A stretch of DNA of 64,000 nt from Nitrosopumilus sp. (GCA_965205425.1 CBDBGZ010000005.1:96001-160000), one strand, 5' to 3'; counted from the first letter of the stretch, positions 31,186 to 41,688 are shown. Notes: generated by a model not told the origin, from the letters alone. Numbers and translations: made by a program.

Positions 31186-31579
31186 AATTTGAGGACAGAA
31201 AGTTTTTTTGCCTTATGAATCTTCATGTTTTTTTCGATCATTAAAAAGTATAACAAGAATCTACAAGAGTTAAAATATGATAGTAGTTTCTAGTTTTGGG
31301 TAAAATTTTCGGCATAGATATTTAGGCTCAAAATAGCACAAAATTATCAAGAATAGAAATTTAGAAAAATCAAAAAAATAGGATTAATCATAAAAGGATC
31401 TAAAAAATAATTAATACAAAATTTAAAAAACCATTTTTAATTTTTATTTGATAAAAAATTGAGAAAACAAAAATGAATTCATAGTTAATTTAATTTTAAA
31501 ATATTAGAAAATATAGATCAAAAAAATAACCAATGAATTTTCAATATACGTTTAAAGTTCATTAGAGTTTAGAACCAAT

Positions 31580-32260
31580 ATGGAATTTATTCAAAATGAA
31601 GAACCAAGTGTAGAAAAACCAATTATGATTGCAGCAATGCAAGATATAGGAAATGTTGGAAGTATAGTAGTAAATTTCATTAATGAATCACTTAGAACTA
31701 AAACATTCAGAACCGCAAAGACACAATTTCCAACATACATAGTTGATAGAGGTGGGTACATTGATCTTCCAGATGAAAATTGGGAATACAAATACACAGA
31801 TGATTTAATTGTATTTGGAGGAGGAAAAGGGCAACCTCAAAGTAATAATGACCTAAACGAGTTATGTCAAGATGTTATCAAGACTGCAAGAAAATACTCT
31901 GTAAAATTTATCTACACATTAGGAGGATTCCATACCAATCGAATAATTGATGATAAACCAAAAACATACATCACCACAACATCCAAAGAATTAACAAAAC
32001 AAATGGAAGGATTGGATGTTGAAACAACTCCTCAAAAATCACTAATCACAGGATTTAATGGATTAATCTTAGGGTTCGCAAAAATGAATAACATTCAGGG
32101 AATTGGGATGTATGGAGAATTAAACGAGCCTGAAATTCCACAATATAGATCAGCAATCAGCATAATCAAAACACTTGAAAAATTAACATATAGAAAATTA
32201 GGAAATACAAGTCAATTGGAAATAATGGCCCAAGAAATTGAAAGAAAATTTAAGAATTAA
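31580..32260 (+). CDS. PAC2-family proteasome assembly chaperone
   Basis: DIGNVG, YTLGG, GFNGLILG. Confidence 0.85.
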   Translation: MEFIQNEEPSVEKPIMIAAMQDIGNVGSIVVNFINESLRTKTFRTAKTQFPTYIVDRGGYIDLPDENWEYKYTDDLIVFGGGKGQPQSNNDLNELCQDVIKTARKYSVKFIYTLGGFHTNRIIDDKPKTYITTTSKELTKQMEGLDVETTPQKSLITGFNGLILGFAKMNNIQGIGMYGELNEPEIPQYRSAISIIKTLEKLTYRKLGNTSQLEIMAQEIERKFKN

Positions 32261-32397
32261 TTTTTATGAGTTGTTCCAACTTCGTGGGGTTCAGTGTTCT
32301 CATCATGACAATCACAACCACAAAGATGAGTCTTATGATTATTCATACAATCAATGCATTCAAAATGTTTTCTCGTCTCACAAGCTGCACAAATCAT
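32257..32397 (-). CDS. 46-aa Cys/His-rich microprotein (not in ORF track)
   Basis: MICAACETRKHFECIDCMNNHKTHLCGCDCHDENTEPHEVGTTHKN*. Confidence 0.7.
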   Translation of the reverse strand: MICAACETRKHFECIDCMNNHKTHLCGCDCHDENTEPHEVGTTHKN

Positions 32398-32448
32398 CTT
32401 AAAAATACTAAACAGTAGAAGGATTTGAATTTTTTCTCCAAATTAGCC

Positions 32449-33108
32449 CTAATATTCCACTTCACTTCGTTCAAGTAGACTGTCAGTCAAATCCACATAT
32501 CCTTGAGGATCAAGTTCTTTGGCAAATCCTTTGTCAATATTTATCAAATATATTGAATGAAGATGAGCATTAAGAATATCATCATATTTGATTGGAGGGT
32601 TTTTGTAGTAACGATCACATAGATCTTTAATTTTTTGTACATCTTCTTTTTTACGTGCATTTGGAGGTAAGAGAAATATTTTAGAAATAGGTAAGATTCC
32701 AACCACAGGAGTAGCCAAAGAAAATTTTGAACAATGCTTACTATATCGGGCAATCTTACTCATGATTCTTGCAGAGAAATAGTCAATCGTATCCATTGCA
32801 TGTTCTGGAGGAGTAAAACCTGTTTCAATTTCAATAATTGTGTTACCGCCTCCTTTTTTTGCATAAAGATCACATGCTAGAATATCAGATACATCTTTTT
32901 CAACTTCAACATAATATCCTCTTGAAATCAAACTGCTTGCACAGATTAATTCCAAAATAGAATGATTGATTTTAACTAAATTTTTTTTATACATTTCAAT
33001 TAAGTGATTTCTAACAGAGGTTAGTTTAGGCACATCATTTTCTTTAAGATTCTCAGAGAGTTTGTCAGTCATTTGATAAACATCATCTCGGAATTTTTCT
33101 ATATCCAT
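32449..33108 (-). CDS. conserved hypothetical protein, possible PD-(D/E)xK fold
   Basis: VEVE...CDLYAKK...IIEIETG. Confidence 0.8.
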   Translation of the reverse strand: MDIEKFRDDVYQMTDKLSENLKENDVPKLTSVRNHLIEMYKKNLVKINHSILELICASSLISRGYYVEVEKDVSDILACDLYAKKGGGNTIIEIETGFTPPEHAMDTIDYFSARIMSKIARYSKHCSKFSLATPVVGILPISKIFLLPPNARKKEDVQKIKDLCDRYYKNPPIKYDDILNAHLHSIYLINIDKGFAKELDPQGYVDLTDSLLERSEVEY

Positions 33109-33267
33109 GATTTAAGATAGGATGATTCTAGGGGTTTAAGAAGTAGTAGGGTGGGAAACAGGGCAATCTTGAGGCGATAACAAATCAAAATTGACTCAAT
33201 TAAAATTGAAAAATAGCGAATTTTTATTCATACTTTATCTTAACTGCAAAAATCAAAAGAATCACAC

Positions 33268-34173
33268 ATGTATAGAAACAAGGCTACAATTATAGGATTA
33301 TTTTCATTTTTGACGTTATTTTCATTCATTCCAACTGCTCAAGCAGAACTTTGGGAATTCATAGTCGAATTAAACATAGAGCAAGTAGTAATCCAATCAG
33401 GCGATACAGTGGTCATTACTGGCAAAGTAGTTGATCATGCTTACAAAGCAACCAGAGGGGTAGAAGTTTTAATCAGAACTGGTGCAGACACAACTAAAGC
33501 ATTCACAAATCCTGAAGGGACATTTAGAGCAGAATTCAAAGATTTCCAAAGAGTCCCAGGAACTTATACCGTTAATGCGGTGGCATCATGGTATGGGATG
33601 ACAGGTTTGACAAGTACTCAATTTCAAGTAGAAGGAGATAGTTCGCCAATTTCATTACTACAACAAAAATTATCCACAGATGAAGCAATAAAATATCTAA
33701 GTGCAGATGAAAGTGATTTTGAAAAAAATCCCATTGGTCAAACTTTATTCAAATATTACCATGGATTACATGATGAATTAATCATTGAAAAGAAAGAAGC
33801 ACAAGAACCTAATGAAGAGCAATTATTTGTTGAGCAGCAGAGGAAAATTGCAGAAGATATAAAAAAACAAACAATGGAGTTTTACAAGCCCAGTGCTGGA
33901 ATATATGATGGTTATCAATATGAGGATTATATCAGAAGTTTGAATCCAGAAATACAGGATATTGTAAAAGAACAATTAAACTTTACAAAGAATAGTTTCA
34001 TCAAGGCTCAAATTCTTAGAGATGAGATTATTGCAAATGGTGGAACATTTGAAGAAGCAAGACAAGCATATCTTGAATCGATATCAATGCCAAAAGAAAC
34101 AATTGAACAATTTAATGAAAAACACTTAGATGAAACCCCAGAAGTTTCAGAAGAAGAAGTTTCAGAAGAATGA
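33268..34173 (+). CDS. exported hypothetical protein with N-terminal Ig-like domain
   Basis: Signal peptide (..AQA), GTYTV beta-strand motif. Confidence 0.8.
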   Translation: MYRNKATIIGLFSFLTLFSFIPTAQAELWEFIVELNIEQVVIQSGDTVVITGKVVDHAYKATRGVEVLIRTGADTTKAFTNPEGTFRAEFKDFQRVPGTYTVNAVASWYGMTGLTSTQFQVEGDSSPISLLQQKLSTDEAIKYLSADESDFEKNPIGQTLFKYYHGLHDELIIEKKEAQEPNEEQLFVEQQRKIAEDIKKQTMEFYKPSAGIYDGYQYEDYIRSLNPEIQDIVKEQLNFTKNSFIKAQILRDEIIANGGTFEEARQAYLESISMPKETIEQFNEKHLDETPEVSEEEVSEE

Positions 34174-34227
34174 ACGATTGATAAATTCTACGCGGACCTT
34201 ATATTCAAAATCACACATTAAGAATTA

Positions 34228-34395
34228 ATGCAAATAGACATCCCACTACCATGTCCTAAATGTGGCGGAAAAATGTATTCTGTCTCATATGAGTCATCAT
34301 TCTCAATCCTCAAAAAAAGAAGCTGGCAAGCATGTAAAGAATGCAGTTTTGAGAGGAATTCTGAAGAATTCAAAAAAACTATCTGCTGTGCATAA
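34228..34395 (+). CDS. 55-aa zinc-ribbon microprotein (not in ORF track)
   Basis: MQIDIPLPCPKCGGKM...WQACKECSFER...ICCA*. Confidence 0.75.
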   Translation: MQIDIPLPCPKCGGKMYSVSYESSFSILKKRSWQACKECSFERNSEEFKKTICCA

Positions 34396-34449
34396 CAGGG
34401 TTTGTAATTGTTATAAACAATTTTTAATCTAAAAAATAGGTAAAATTAG

Positions 34450-34785
34450 ATGAAAATATTTCATAAACCCACATGTATTACGTGTAAAAAAACAATTTCA
34501 GAAATTGAACGAATTAGTGCAGATATTGAGAAAAGAGACTTTTTCAAAGAACCATTTTCAGAGGCAGAATTAAAGAAAATTGTGAAATTAACAGGAAAAA
34601 AACCATCTGAGCTTCTTAGAAAAAGAGACAAAATGTTCAAAGAATTAGATTTAGAAAATAAGAAAAAAACAGATACTCAGATTATCAAATTAATGGTAAA
34701 ATACCCAGGATTGATTTTACGTCCAATCATAATTATCAAAAATAAAGCATATGTAGGAAAAGTAGATGTAAAAAATCTAAAGTAA
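34450..34785 (+). CDS. ArsC/Spx family protein
   Basis: CITCKK and LILRPII. Confidence 0.9.
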   Translation: MKIFHKPTCITCKKTISEIERISADIEKRDFFKEPFSEAELKKIVKLTGKKPSELLRKRDKMFKELDLENKKKTDTQIIKLMVKYPGLILRPIIIIKNKAYVGKVDVKNLK

Positions 34786-34786
34786 A

Positions 34787-35032
34787 TTAGTTAGAATTAT
34801 CTTCTTTGAATATCCTAATTGCTTCTAAATGGGAACAATTTGCCTTGAGACCTTTACCGTGATGGAATTTATAGAAATTTTTGAATCCAGGACATTCACA
34901 AGTATCAGATGTCACAAAATAAGATTTTTCAGGATCTGAAGATGATTTTATTTGAAATAAATCATCTTCAATTTTCACCACTCCTCCGCTTTCAACTAGT
35001 TTCTTTGCTTTTCTAATTGTATTAGCACTCAT
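34787..35032 (-). CDS. SWIM zinc-finger protein
   Basis: CECP...CSH. Confidence 0.85.
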   Translation of the reverse strand: MSANTIRKAKKLVESGGVVKIEDDLFQIKSSSDPEKSYFVTSDTCECPGFKNFYKFHHGKGLKANCSHLEAIRIFKEDNSN

Positions 35033-35118
35033 ACAAAATCAAGAATCATTCAAGTTTTATTTGTTATTTTTCACATATTCATAAAATGTTTAAATTATAT
35101 GATCGCGTATCAGATATT

Positions 35119-35178
35119 GACGAGAGACTTGTTTTTCTGCATTAGTAAAGCCTAGAATTCGTTTCACTCTCGTCTTTT
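35119..35178 (+). ncRNA. candidate small structured RNA
   Basis: 8-bp terminal stem GACGAGAG/CTCTCGTC, TATA-like TTTAAA at 35089-35094, T-run after the stem. Confidence 0.3.
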
Positions 35179-35183
35179 AGAAA

Positions 35184-35381
35184 TTATATTATATTTTGAA
35201 CTCTTCCTATTTTTCCAGAATCCAATTCTACTTTGATGCCATGAGGATGTGAAGGGCTGGAAGTTAAAATTCGTTTTACCTTTCCAACCGTCAGATTACC
35301 TAAACGTTGATCTTGCTTTTGAATAACAGATACCATTATTCCAACAGTTATTTGATTTCTTAAAGGGATATTCAATAACAC
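35184..35381 (-). CDS. YwbE-family protein
   Basis: KQDQR.G.LT.G.V..ILT.S..HPHGIKV.L..G.IGRV. Confidence 0.85.
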   Translation of the reverse strand: MLLNIPLRNQITVGIMVSVIQKQDQRLGNLTVGKVKRILTSSPSHPHGIKVELDSGKIGRVQNII

Positions 35382-35455
35382 ACAACAAAGACACGAGATT
35401 CTAAATCTTTAGATTATAAAATAAAGAAGTTTTGAAAATTACTCAAAACGGTTTT

Positions 35456-35800
35456 CTAATTTTGTTTGTGGTTTTGGAAGCATTCTCTGCAATAAACAGG
35501 TCTGTCTTCTTTTGGTTTGAATGGTACTTGGCAATCATTTCCACAGTCACCACATTTTGCGTCATGCATTTCACGTGGTCTGTCATCTCTTCTACCAAAT
35601 CTAGAGCCTCTGTCGCCACCAAATCCACCAGATCTTCCACCAAATCTACCGCCACCTTGTCTTGGTGCGGGTTTATGGTTTTGGAAGCATTCTCTGCAAT
35701 AAACAGGTCTGTCTTCTTTTGGTTTGAATGGTACTTGACATTCATTTCCACAGTCACCACATGTTGTGGTATGCATTTCTCTTTCTCTATCAAAGGACAT
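35456..35800 (-). CDS. tandem CxxC-x17-CxxC domain protein with RGG linker
   Basis: Two C.DCG..C.VPFKP...PVYCREC repeats. Confidence 0.9.
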   Translation of the reverse strand: MSFDREREMHTTTCGDCGNECQVPFKPKEDRPVYCRECFQNHKPAPRQGGGRFGGRSGGFGGDRGSRFGRRDDRPREMHDAKCGDCGNDCQVPFKPKEDRPVYCRECFQNHKQN

Positions 35801-35894
35801 GTCTTTCAAAATCTTGGTATTATACTGCAGTAATAAACTGTGGGAAAAAACATCTATTGTTATAAACTAATTCCATTCCTTGAGATTATTGAGC

Positions 35895-36944
35895 ATGAAA
35901 AAGTATGTTGCCACCAGAGCAGTGACAATGTTTGCAGTTTTGATGATTACTTTGTTGATTACAATTGCACTTGTAGGTTCCAATATGGATACTATTCTAA
36001 AGCAAGGAATAGTGTTTCAGGTAAGATCAGAAATTACAGAAAATCCTGCAATTGCTGAAAGTTTCTCATCAGTAGATGAATTTGAATCATTTATTCAAAC
36101 TCAGATTGACCAAAAAATTCAAATTTTAGGCTTAGATGAACCATGGTATTCGCCTCAAAGAATAGGGGTGACAATGTATAAGATAATGCTATTAGATTTT
36201 GGACATGCGACATTTCTTACAAGTGATGAAGGTTCATCAGATGTCAAAGACATCCTTTTTGAAAAACTTCCAAGAACGGTCTTACTATTCACAACTGCAA
36301 CTATAATCATATCCATTATGGGGATTTTTCTAGGAGCTTTGGCCAGTAGTAAGGTGGGATCAATAATGGACAGAATTACATCGAGTTTTGCCATAATTAG
36401 TTCTAGTTTTCCTGTTTGGTGGATAGGAATGTTAATGATATTTCTATTTGCATTTACGTGGCAAATTTTTCCTGCAAGAGCAACCCCAGATATCCCATCA
36501 TCAGACCCAGGATATATCGCGGCACTGCTATACCACATGGCGTTACCACTAATCACAATTGTAATGATTGGTTTTGGATCATGGGCATATTTAGTAAGAA
36601 ATTTCATGGTGGGAATCATGCAAGAAGATTTCATCATGGCAAAAAAAACAATTGGAATCAAACAAAATAAGATCATATACACTCATGCATTAAAAAATGC
36701 GGCACCACCCATTGTTACTATTTTGGCACTTAGTTTATCAGGGTCTCTAGGAGGAGCAATAATTACAGAAGCAGTTTTTGATTGGCCTGGAATGGGACGG
36801 TTATACTTTGAAGCAATTACAGTGATGGATCTCCCTGTAATTATCGGAGCAACGTATCTACTTACAGTATTTTTCCTAATCAGCATATTCATAGCAGATT
36901 TACTTTATGGTTATTTTGACCCCAGAGTGAGAACAGGTCAATGA
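35895..36944 (+). CDS. peptide ABC transporter permease (DppB/OppB-like)
   Basis: HALKNA, ITEAVFDWPGMG, DLLYGYFDPRVR. Confidence 0.93.
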   Translation: MKKYVATRAVTMFAVLMITLLITIALVGSNMDTILKQGIVFQVRSEITENPAIAESFSSVDEFESFIQTQIDQKIQILGLDEPWYSPQRIGVTMYKIMLLDFGHATFLTSDEGSSDVKDILFEKLPRTVLLFTTATIIISIMGIFLGALASSKVGSIMDRITSSFAIISSSFPVWWIGMLMIFLFAFTWQIFPARATPDIPSSDPGYIAALLYHMALPLITIVMIGFGSWAYLVRNFMVGIMQEDFIMAKKTIGIKQNKIIYTHALKNAAPPIVTILALSLSGSLGGAIITEAVFDWPGMGRLYFEAITVMDLPVIIGATYLLTVFFLISIFIADLLYGYFDPRVRTGQ

Positions 36945-38308
36945 GCGGAATTACACCTCAAGAAATTAAACAAGAATTTCTTAGAAGTAAGATGGGAATT
37001 GCAGGAATTGCCATTCTAACAATTCTTGTCGTAACATCGATAATAGCAATTATCGCCATTCCAGTTGAAACATTTCAAGAATGGAATAACCCAGGGAATT
37101 GGATTTCAAACCCAAAACTAGCAATTCCAATTTGGGTGAACATATTCATGACAGATAAAATTCCCGAACATAAGATTCTGAAGAATCCCAACATAGAAAA
37201 GATTTCAGATGAAGAGGTGGAATTGATATCACATCAATTTGGTTTAAATTTTGATTACGATGATTTTCCAAATGATTTCATATACGAGTTTTCATCAGAA
37301 TATTCTGGCTCACCATTATTACAAATATCAGTAATTAGGCCAGATGGGATCAAACTAGAATTATTATCCTCATCACTTCCATATTCTAATGAAAAAACAA
37401 TTCATAGTGAAAGGATTTTTTCAACAGATGATGCAATTAAGAAAAATTTATCATTACAATCAGAAAAATTTGAATTTACATTTCAAAGATTATCTGCTGA
37501 AGATATTGTTTTTTCAAAAATTGAGTCTAATGAATCATTAAAAGGGAATTATATTTTTTCTATTGATTTGTATGGAGTAAACTCTGAAAATCAAATTCAG
37601 CAATCAGAACTAATCATCGGCGGCAAAGCATTTGGCATCATGGGTACTGACGAATTAAGACGGGATTTAGCCATAGGATTACTATGGGGAACACCTCTAG
37701 CATTATTCATTGGACTAACTGTGTCAATCGCATCAGTAATTGCAGGGTTGCTTTATGGAGTATATGCAGGATACAAAGGCAAAAAAACAGATGAAACAAT
37801 GATGCGATTCAACGATGTCATCTATGCCTTACCAGCATTGCCATTTCTCATAATTCTTTCAGTGACAATTAGTAATAGCATATTTTTGGTGGTAGGGTTT
37901 TTGATGATTTTTGGGTGGGTAGGCATAGCCAAAGTGGCAAGAAGCATGTCACTTCAAATCAAAACCCGAGGCTATGTGGATGCTGCAAACATGATGGGGC
38001 AAAAAGATTCAAAAATTATTCTAAAACACATTGTTCCACAATTATTACCATACGCTTTTGCCAGCATTGCAATTTCAGTTCCAGCAGCAATTACTACAGA
38101 AGCTGGTCTTAGCTTTTTAGGATTAGGAGATCCATCATTTCCAACATGGGGTCAAATTTTACATGATGCAAATACATTTGGAGCAGCAGCTAGAGGCATG
38201 TGGTGGTGGATTATGCCACCTGGGGTAATGATTGCAATTACAGGTTTAGCCTTTGTGTTTATTGGAAATGCATTAGATGCAATAGTCAATCCAAAATTGA
38301 AAAGATGA
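36941..38308 (+). CDS. peptide ABC transporter permease (DppC/OppC-like)
   Basis: MGTDELRRD, EAGLSFLGLG, PTWGQIL. Confidence 0.93.
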   Translation: MSGITPQEIKQEFLRSKMGIAGIAILTILVVTSIIAIIAIPVETFQEWNNPGNWISNPKLAIPIWVNIFMTDKIPEHKILKNPNIEKISDEEVELISHQFGLNFDYDDFPNDFIYEFSSEYSGSPLLQISVIRPDGIKLELLSSSLPYSNEKTIHSERIFSTDDAIKKNLSLQSEKFEFTFQRLSAEDIVFSKIESNESLKGNYIFSIDLYGVNSENQIQQSELIIGGKAFGIMGTDELRRDLAIGLLWGTPLALFIGLTVSIASVIAGLLYGVYAGYKGKKTDETMMRFNDVIYALPALPFLIILSVTISNSIFLVVGFLMIFGWVGIAKVARSMSLQIKTRGYVDAANMMGQKDSKIILKHIVPQLLPYAFASIAISVPAAITTEAGLSFLGLGDPSFPTWGQILHDANTFGAAARGMWWWIMPPGVMIAITGLAFVFIGNALDAIVNPKLKR

Positions 38309-38313
38309 TAAAA

Positions 38314-38631
38314 TCAGAGATCAAATTTTCGAATTAATTCAATAGCACCATCATTTAGTTTTATTGAATAACATGCAGAGTTTTCATTATTAATTGCTGC
38401 CAAGTTGTTAGCAAATACTTTTTTGCTATGACCACCTTCAGATGCCTTATCTGATTCATCAAAACAAATTGACATTTGTTTCATGTTTTGATTATTTTTT
38501 AAAAGAAATGCTATGAACTTTTGATAATTATCAGTGTTAACCCAGTCTATATTTTTCTCTTTACTTATTCCAATCCATATTTCAATAGAGTTTTGATATA
38601 GAACTTTTTTTCTTAATTCTTCTAATGTCAT
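38314..38631 (-). CDS. hypothetical protein
   Basis: 105-aa ORF. Confidence 0.7.
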   Translation of the reverse strand: MTLEELRKKVLYQNSIEIWIGISKEKNIDWVNTDNYQKFIAFLLKNNQNMKQMSICFDESDKASEGGHSKKVFANNLAAINNENSACYSIKLNDGAIELIRKFDL

Positions 38632-38641
38632 TTTTTATCAG

Positions 38642-38974
38642 CTAAAAATCTGCTCTTTGCATTTTTGAACCACAGCGAGGACAAGTACCACCTTTGTGTT
38701 TGTTGTTACAAACAAGACACACATACTTTACTCCACTAGAATTACCTTGTGAACCCATTCCGAAGAATCCGCCTCCGCCACTACCGGATCCGGAATCCCC
38801 ACCGTATCCGCGCATTTTATTCATGTATCGTTTTCTCATTAACATAGGTAATGCGATAAAGATTGCAAGTGCGGCTCCCAACCCATATGGAAATGGCAAC
38901 ACCATTTGTAATCCAATACTAATAGCTAGAGATGCGCCTAGAAACAAATAATACATTTTAAGCTGAGGATTCAA
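38642..38974 (-). CDS. membrane protein with C-terminal zinc ribbon
   Basis: Two TM helices, Gly linker, CLVC..CPRCGS. Confidence 0.75.
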   Translation of the reverse strand: MNPQLKMYYLFLGASLAISIGLQMVLPFPYGLGAALAIFIALPMLMRKRYMNKMRGYGGDSGSGSGGGGFFGMGSQGNSSGVKYVCLVCNNKHKGGTCPRCGSKMQRADF

Positions 38975-39050
38975 TTCAATGAAAGTATCCTTAAAACGGA
39001 TATAAAGTTTATTCAGTTTTAGTTGGTCTGGTCAGCAGATTATTGTAAAA

Positions 39051-39449
39051 TTACTCAATAGAAAGCGGAATAGAATTTCCATTACTATCCCATGCAAATA
39101 TGGAATCATCATCATATGGGGATTTTACTATCATGGAAACTAACCCAAAGAAATTATGTAAATCAGTTACAGAAGGTTCTGCAGAACCACTAGGATGTGA
39201 ATGTACAATTCCCACATAACTCATGTCAAAAGGTAGAAACGAATGTGGAAATCCAGCAAATGTAGGTCCAGTTTCACTAAAAGGAGGAATTACCAGGCCA
39301 TTGATTTTAATCTCACCATTTTTTGATTTTCCTTTTAAAATTAGAATTCCCTCGTTTGGATGTTTCATTTGGCAAAATGATAAAATGCTATCAAGAACCT
39401 CTTTTTGAAGCAAAACTTTACGGTCAAAATTTTTCTTTTTGAATAACAT
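39051..39449 (-). CDS. JAMM/MPN+ metalloprotease
   Basis: PNE...HSHPSGSAEPS.TD. Confidence 0.92.
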   Translation of the reverse strand: MLFKKKNFDRKVLLQKEVLDSILSFCQMKHPNEGILILKGKSKNGEIKINGLVIPPFSETGPTFAGFPHSFLPFDMSYVGIVHSHPSGSAEPSVTDLHNFFGLVSMIVKSPYDDDSIFAWDSNGNSIPLSIE

Positions 39450-39480
39450 AGAAAGTGTCTAGTTTAGAACTAATTTAATT

Positions 39481-40761
39481 TTAAGATGCCAATATTGCAT
39501 ATCGAGTACTAGAAAATTGTCTCAAGCTCTGTTCTATTTCAGAGACTATTTCAGGTATTTTAGAATCAGCTTCGTCTATCTCACCTTGAAAAGTCTCAGA
39601 TTTTAGTTGAGATTCATCCAATAATGATGTATTTTTAATAAGATCGTTTTCCAATGAAAGCAATTCTTTGGGAATTATAGAATTAAGATCGTTTTTTATC
39701 TCTTCATATTTTTTATGATAATTTGAAATTTGGTGTACAAATCCATCAATAGACTCTTCTGTTTCAGTTATCTGAGAAGATGTTTTTTCAATATCCTTTA
39801 CAGAAATAGAACCAGATGAAATTCCTTTTCGTATATTTTCAAGTATAGTAATAACAGAATCTTTGTGCTCAGAAGTCAACACATCAAAGGGTTCAGAGAC
39901 TAAAATAGATAAGATATTTTTTTGGTCTTTATCCAACGAAGAAGCATATTCATATCTACTTAGAGGACGAGAAATTTTTGTAAATTGTGTATTTATTTGA
40001 TTTTTAATTTTTAATTTTTCTTTGCTAAATTCATCCAAAGTATTTTTTAAGGTTAAATATTTTTTATAATTATCAGCAGATTTAATCTCATCAATATTAT
40101 TTTTAATTAAAGATATTTTTTCATTTAAGGCAGACATATTTTTGGATATTTCTGTAATTTTTTGTGACTTTTCACTACGTAGTTCTTTTTGGTTTTCGAT
40201 TTGATTTATGGCATCAAGTATTTCTTTAGAAAGAGAAGTAGTGGAATTATAATTTTTTAATAATTTTTGGATTTCAGAATGATTAGCATTCATCACTTCC
40301 AAATTGTCTTTTAATTGTGCAGCATATTTTTTAGCAAAAATATGAATTACTCTAGTTTGACGTCCCAAAACATCACCAACTTTTTTAAGAATTAGATTTA
40401 ACACTGAATTAAGTTTTTCAGCATCATCAAAAGAAGATATTTTTGGTAATGAAACAACATCTTTTTTGATCATGTCAATAACTTGTTTTTTACCTCGAAC
40501 TACAATAATTGCAAGATGTTTATCAATATCATCGATTTTAAGATCATCTTTCTCCAACACGTTACCAATTTTAATCAAATCACCAATTAGAGGTTCGGTG
40601 TTATTTCTCAAATCATTAATTTCAGAGAGAGTTTGATTTTTTCTCAATGTGGAAAGATCAGACACAATTTTAGGAACATCCACAAGAGAAATTTCTTTAT
40701 TTTGAGGGATTTCCTCAACAGATTCTTTATCTTGTTTCTTTTTACCCCATCCAAAGACCAT
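39481..40761 (-). CDS. long coiled-coil protein
   Basis: 426 aa with heptad composition. Confidence 0.8.
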   Translation of the reverse strand: MVFGWGKKKQDKESVEEIPQNKEISLVDVPKIVSDLSTLRKNQTLSEINDLRNNTEPLIGDLIKIGNVLEKDDLKIDDIDKHLAIIVVRGKKQVIDMIKKDVVSLPKISSFDDAEKLNSVLNLILKKVGDVLGRQTRVIHIFAKKYAAQLKDNLEVMNANHSEIQKLLKNYNSTTSLSKEILDAINQIENQKELRSEKSQKITEISKNMSALNEKISLIKNNIDEIKSADNYKKYLTLKNTLDEFSKEKLKIKNQINTQFTKISRPLSRYEYASSLDKDQKNILSILVSEPFDVLTSEHKDSVITILENIRKGISSGSISVKDIEKTSSQITETEESIDGFVHQISNYHKKYEEIKNDLNSIIPKELLSLENDLIKNTSLLDESQLKSETFQGEIDEADSKIPEIVSEIEQSLRQFSSTRYAILAS

Positions 40762-40837
40762 TTGATATCATTCTCATCAAGGGATTTAAAATGATTGTCA
40801 ACTAAAATTTAAAATTCATCAAAATTTAGATGAAGAT

Positions 40838-41290
40838 ATGGTAAAGAAATCCTTTCACACAGGAACAGTGAAAAAAACAATCAAAATTAAAGTATCTAAA
40901 GATAAAGTTTGGAGAAAAATCAGCAATATTGCAGGATTGCCTACATGGGTGGTGGATGTTAAAGAAACAATTTATCTTTCAAAAAGAAAAAAGGATGTAG
41001 GAGCAGTCAGATTAATTACATTTGAGGATGGAAATCAAATTGAAGAGCATGTGGTTGCATGGAAAACAGGAGAATATTTCACCTATATTGCAACTGAAGG
41101 ATTACCATTAAGAGCATATGTTGCAACAATATCAATTAGAGCAAAATCAAGAAATTTAGTAGAACTAACATGGCAATCATATCTCAATAGTCAAAAAATG
41201 TCTGAAAAAGAATTCCTAGAATTTATTGTATTCATGGGGGCATTTTATGAGGCATCCTTAGAGAATCTCAAAATATCTCTTGAAAAGTAA
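40838..41290 (+). CDS. SRPBCC family protein
   Basis: VW..IS....LP.W, GAVR.I.F.DG..I.E. Confidence 0.85.
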   Translation: MVKKSFHTGTVKKTIKIKVSKDKVWRKISNIAGLPTWVVDVKETIYLSKRKKDVGAVRLITFEDGNQIEEHVVAWKTGEYFTYIATEGLPLRAYVATISIRAKSRNLVELTWQSYLNSQKMSEKEFLEFIVFMGAFYEASLENLKISLEK

Positions 41291-41343
41291 TACTAGAAAA
41301 TAGTCAAATCAAAATGTAAATACGGTAAATTGAGAAAAAAATC

Positions 41344-41688
41344 ATGAGTGATATGAGATTCATCATTATTGGTATTGTGTTAATTTTTGTAGGGTTTATC
41401 ATCCTAGGAGGATTTGGAGGAAACTATCAAGCTGCCACTCTAGAATCAAATGAGTTTGGAACATGTTACGAATATTCAGATGATGTACCACCTGTAGAAA
41501 TTAACTGTTCATACAAGATCCTTGATCAAACTGTATTCTTTGCATTGGTTATAGGATTTATCAGTGCAGGAGTTATTTCTCTGATTAAAGGAACCAGAGG
41601 AGATTGGGATAACAAGATCAAACCAGAAGATAAGGTAGGTCCAGGAAACAATCAAAATGAAAATTCTGATGATTCCAAAAAAGACTAG
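41344..41688 (+). CDS. two-TM membrane protein
   Basis: Two hydrophobic helices, Cys pair in the loop. Confidence 0.75.
   Translation: MSDMRFIIIGIVLIFVGFIILGGFGGNYQAATLESNEFGTCYEYSDDVPPVEINCSYKILDQTVFFALVIGFISAGVISLIKGTRGDWDNKIKPEDKVGPGNNQNENSDDSKKD

Noticed and set aside
31190..31575. Replication origin in the long AT-rich gap
   Set aside because: No ORB-like repeats and no adjacent cdc6/orc1
35432..35833. Alternative-frame ORFs of 133 aa (+) and 116 aa (-)
   Set aside because: Shadows of the duplicated CxxC-x17-CxxC gene
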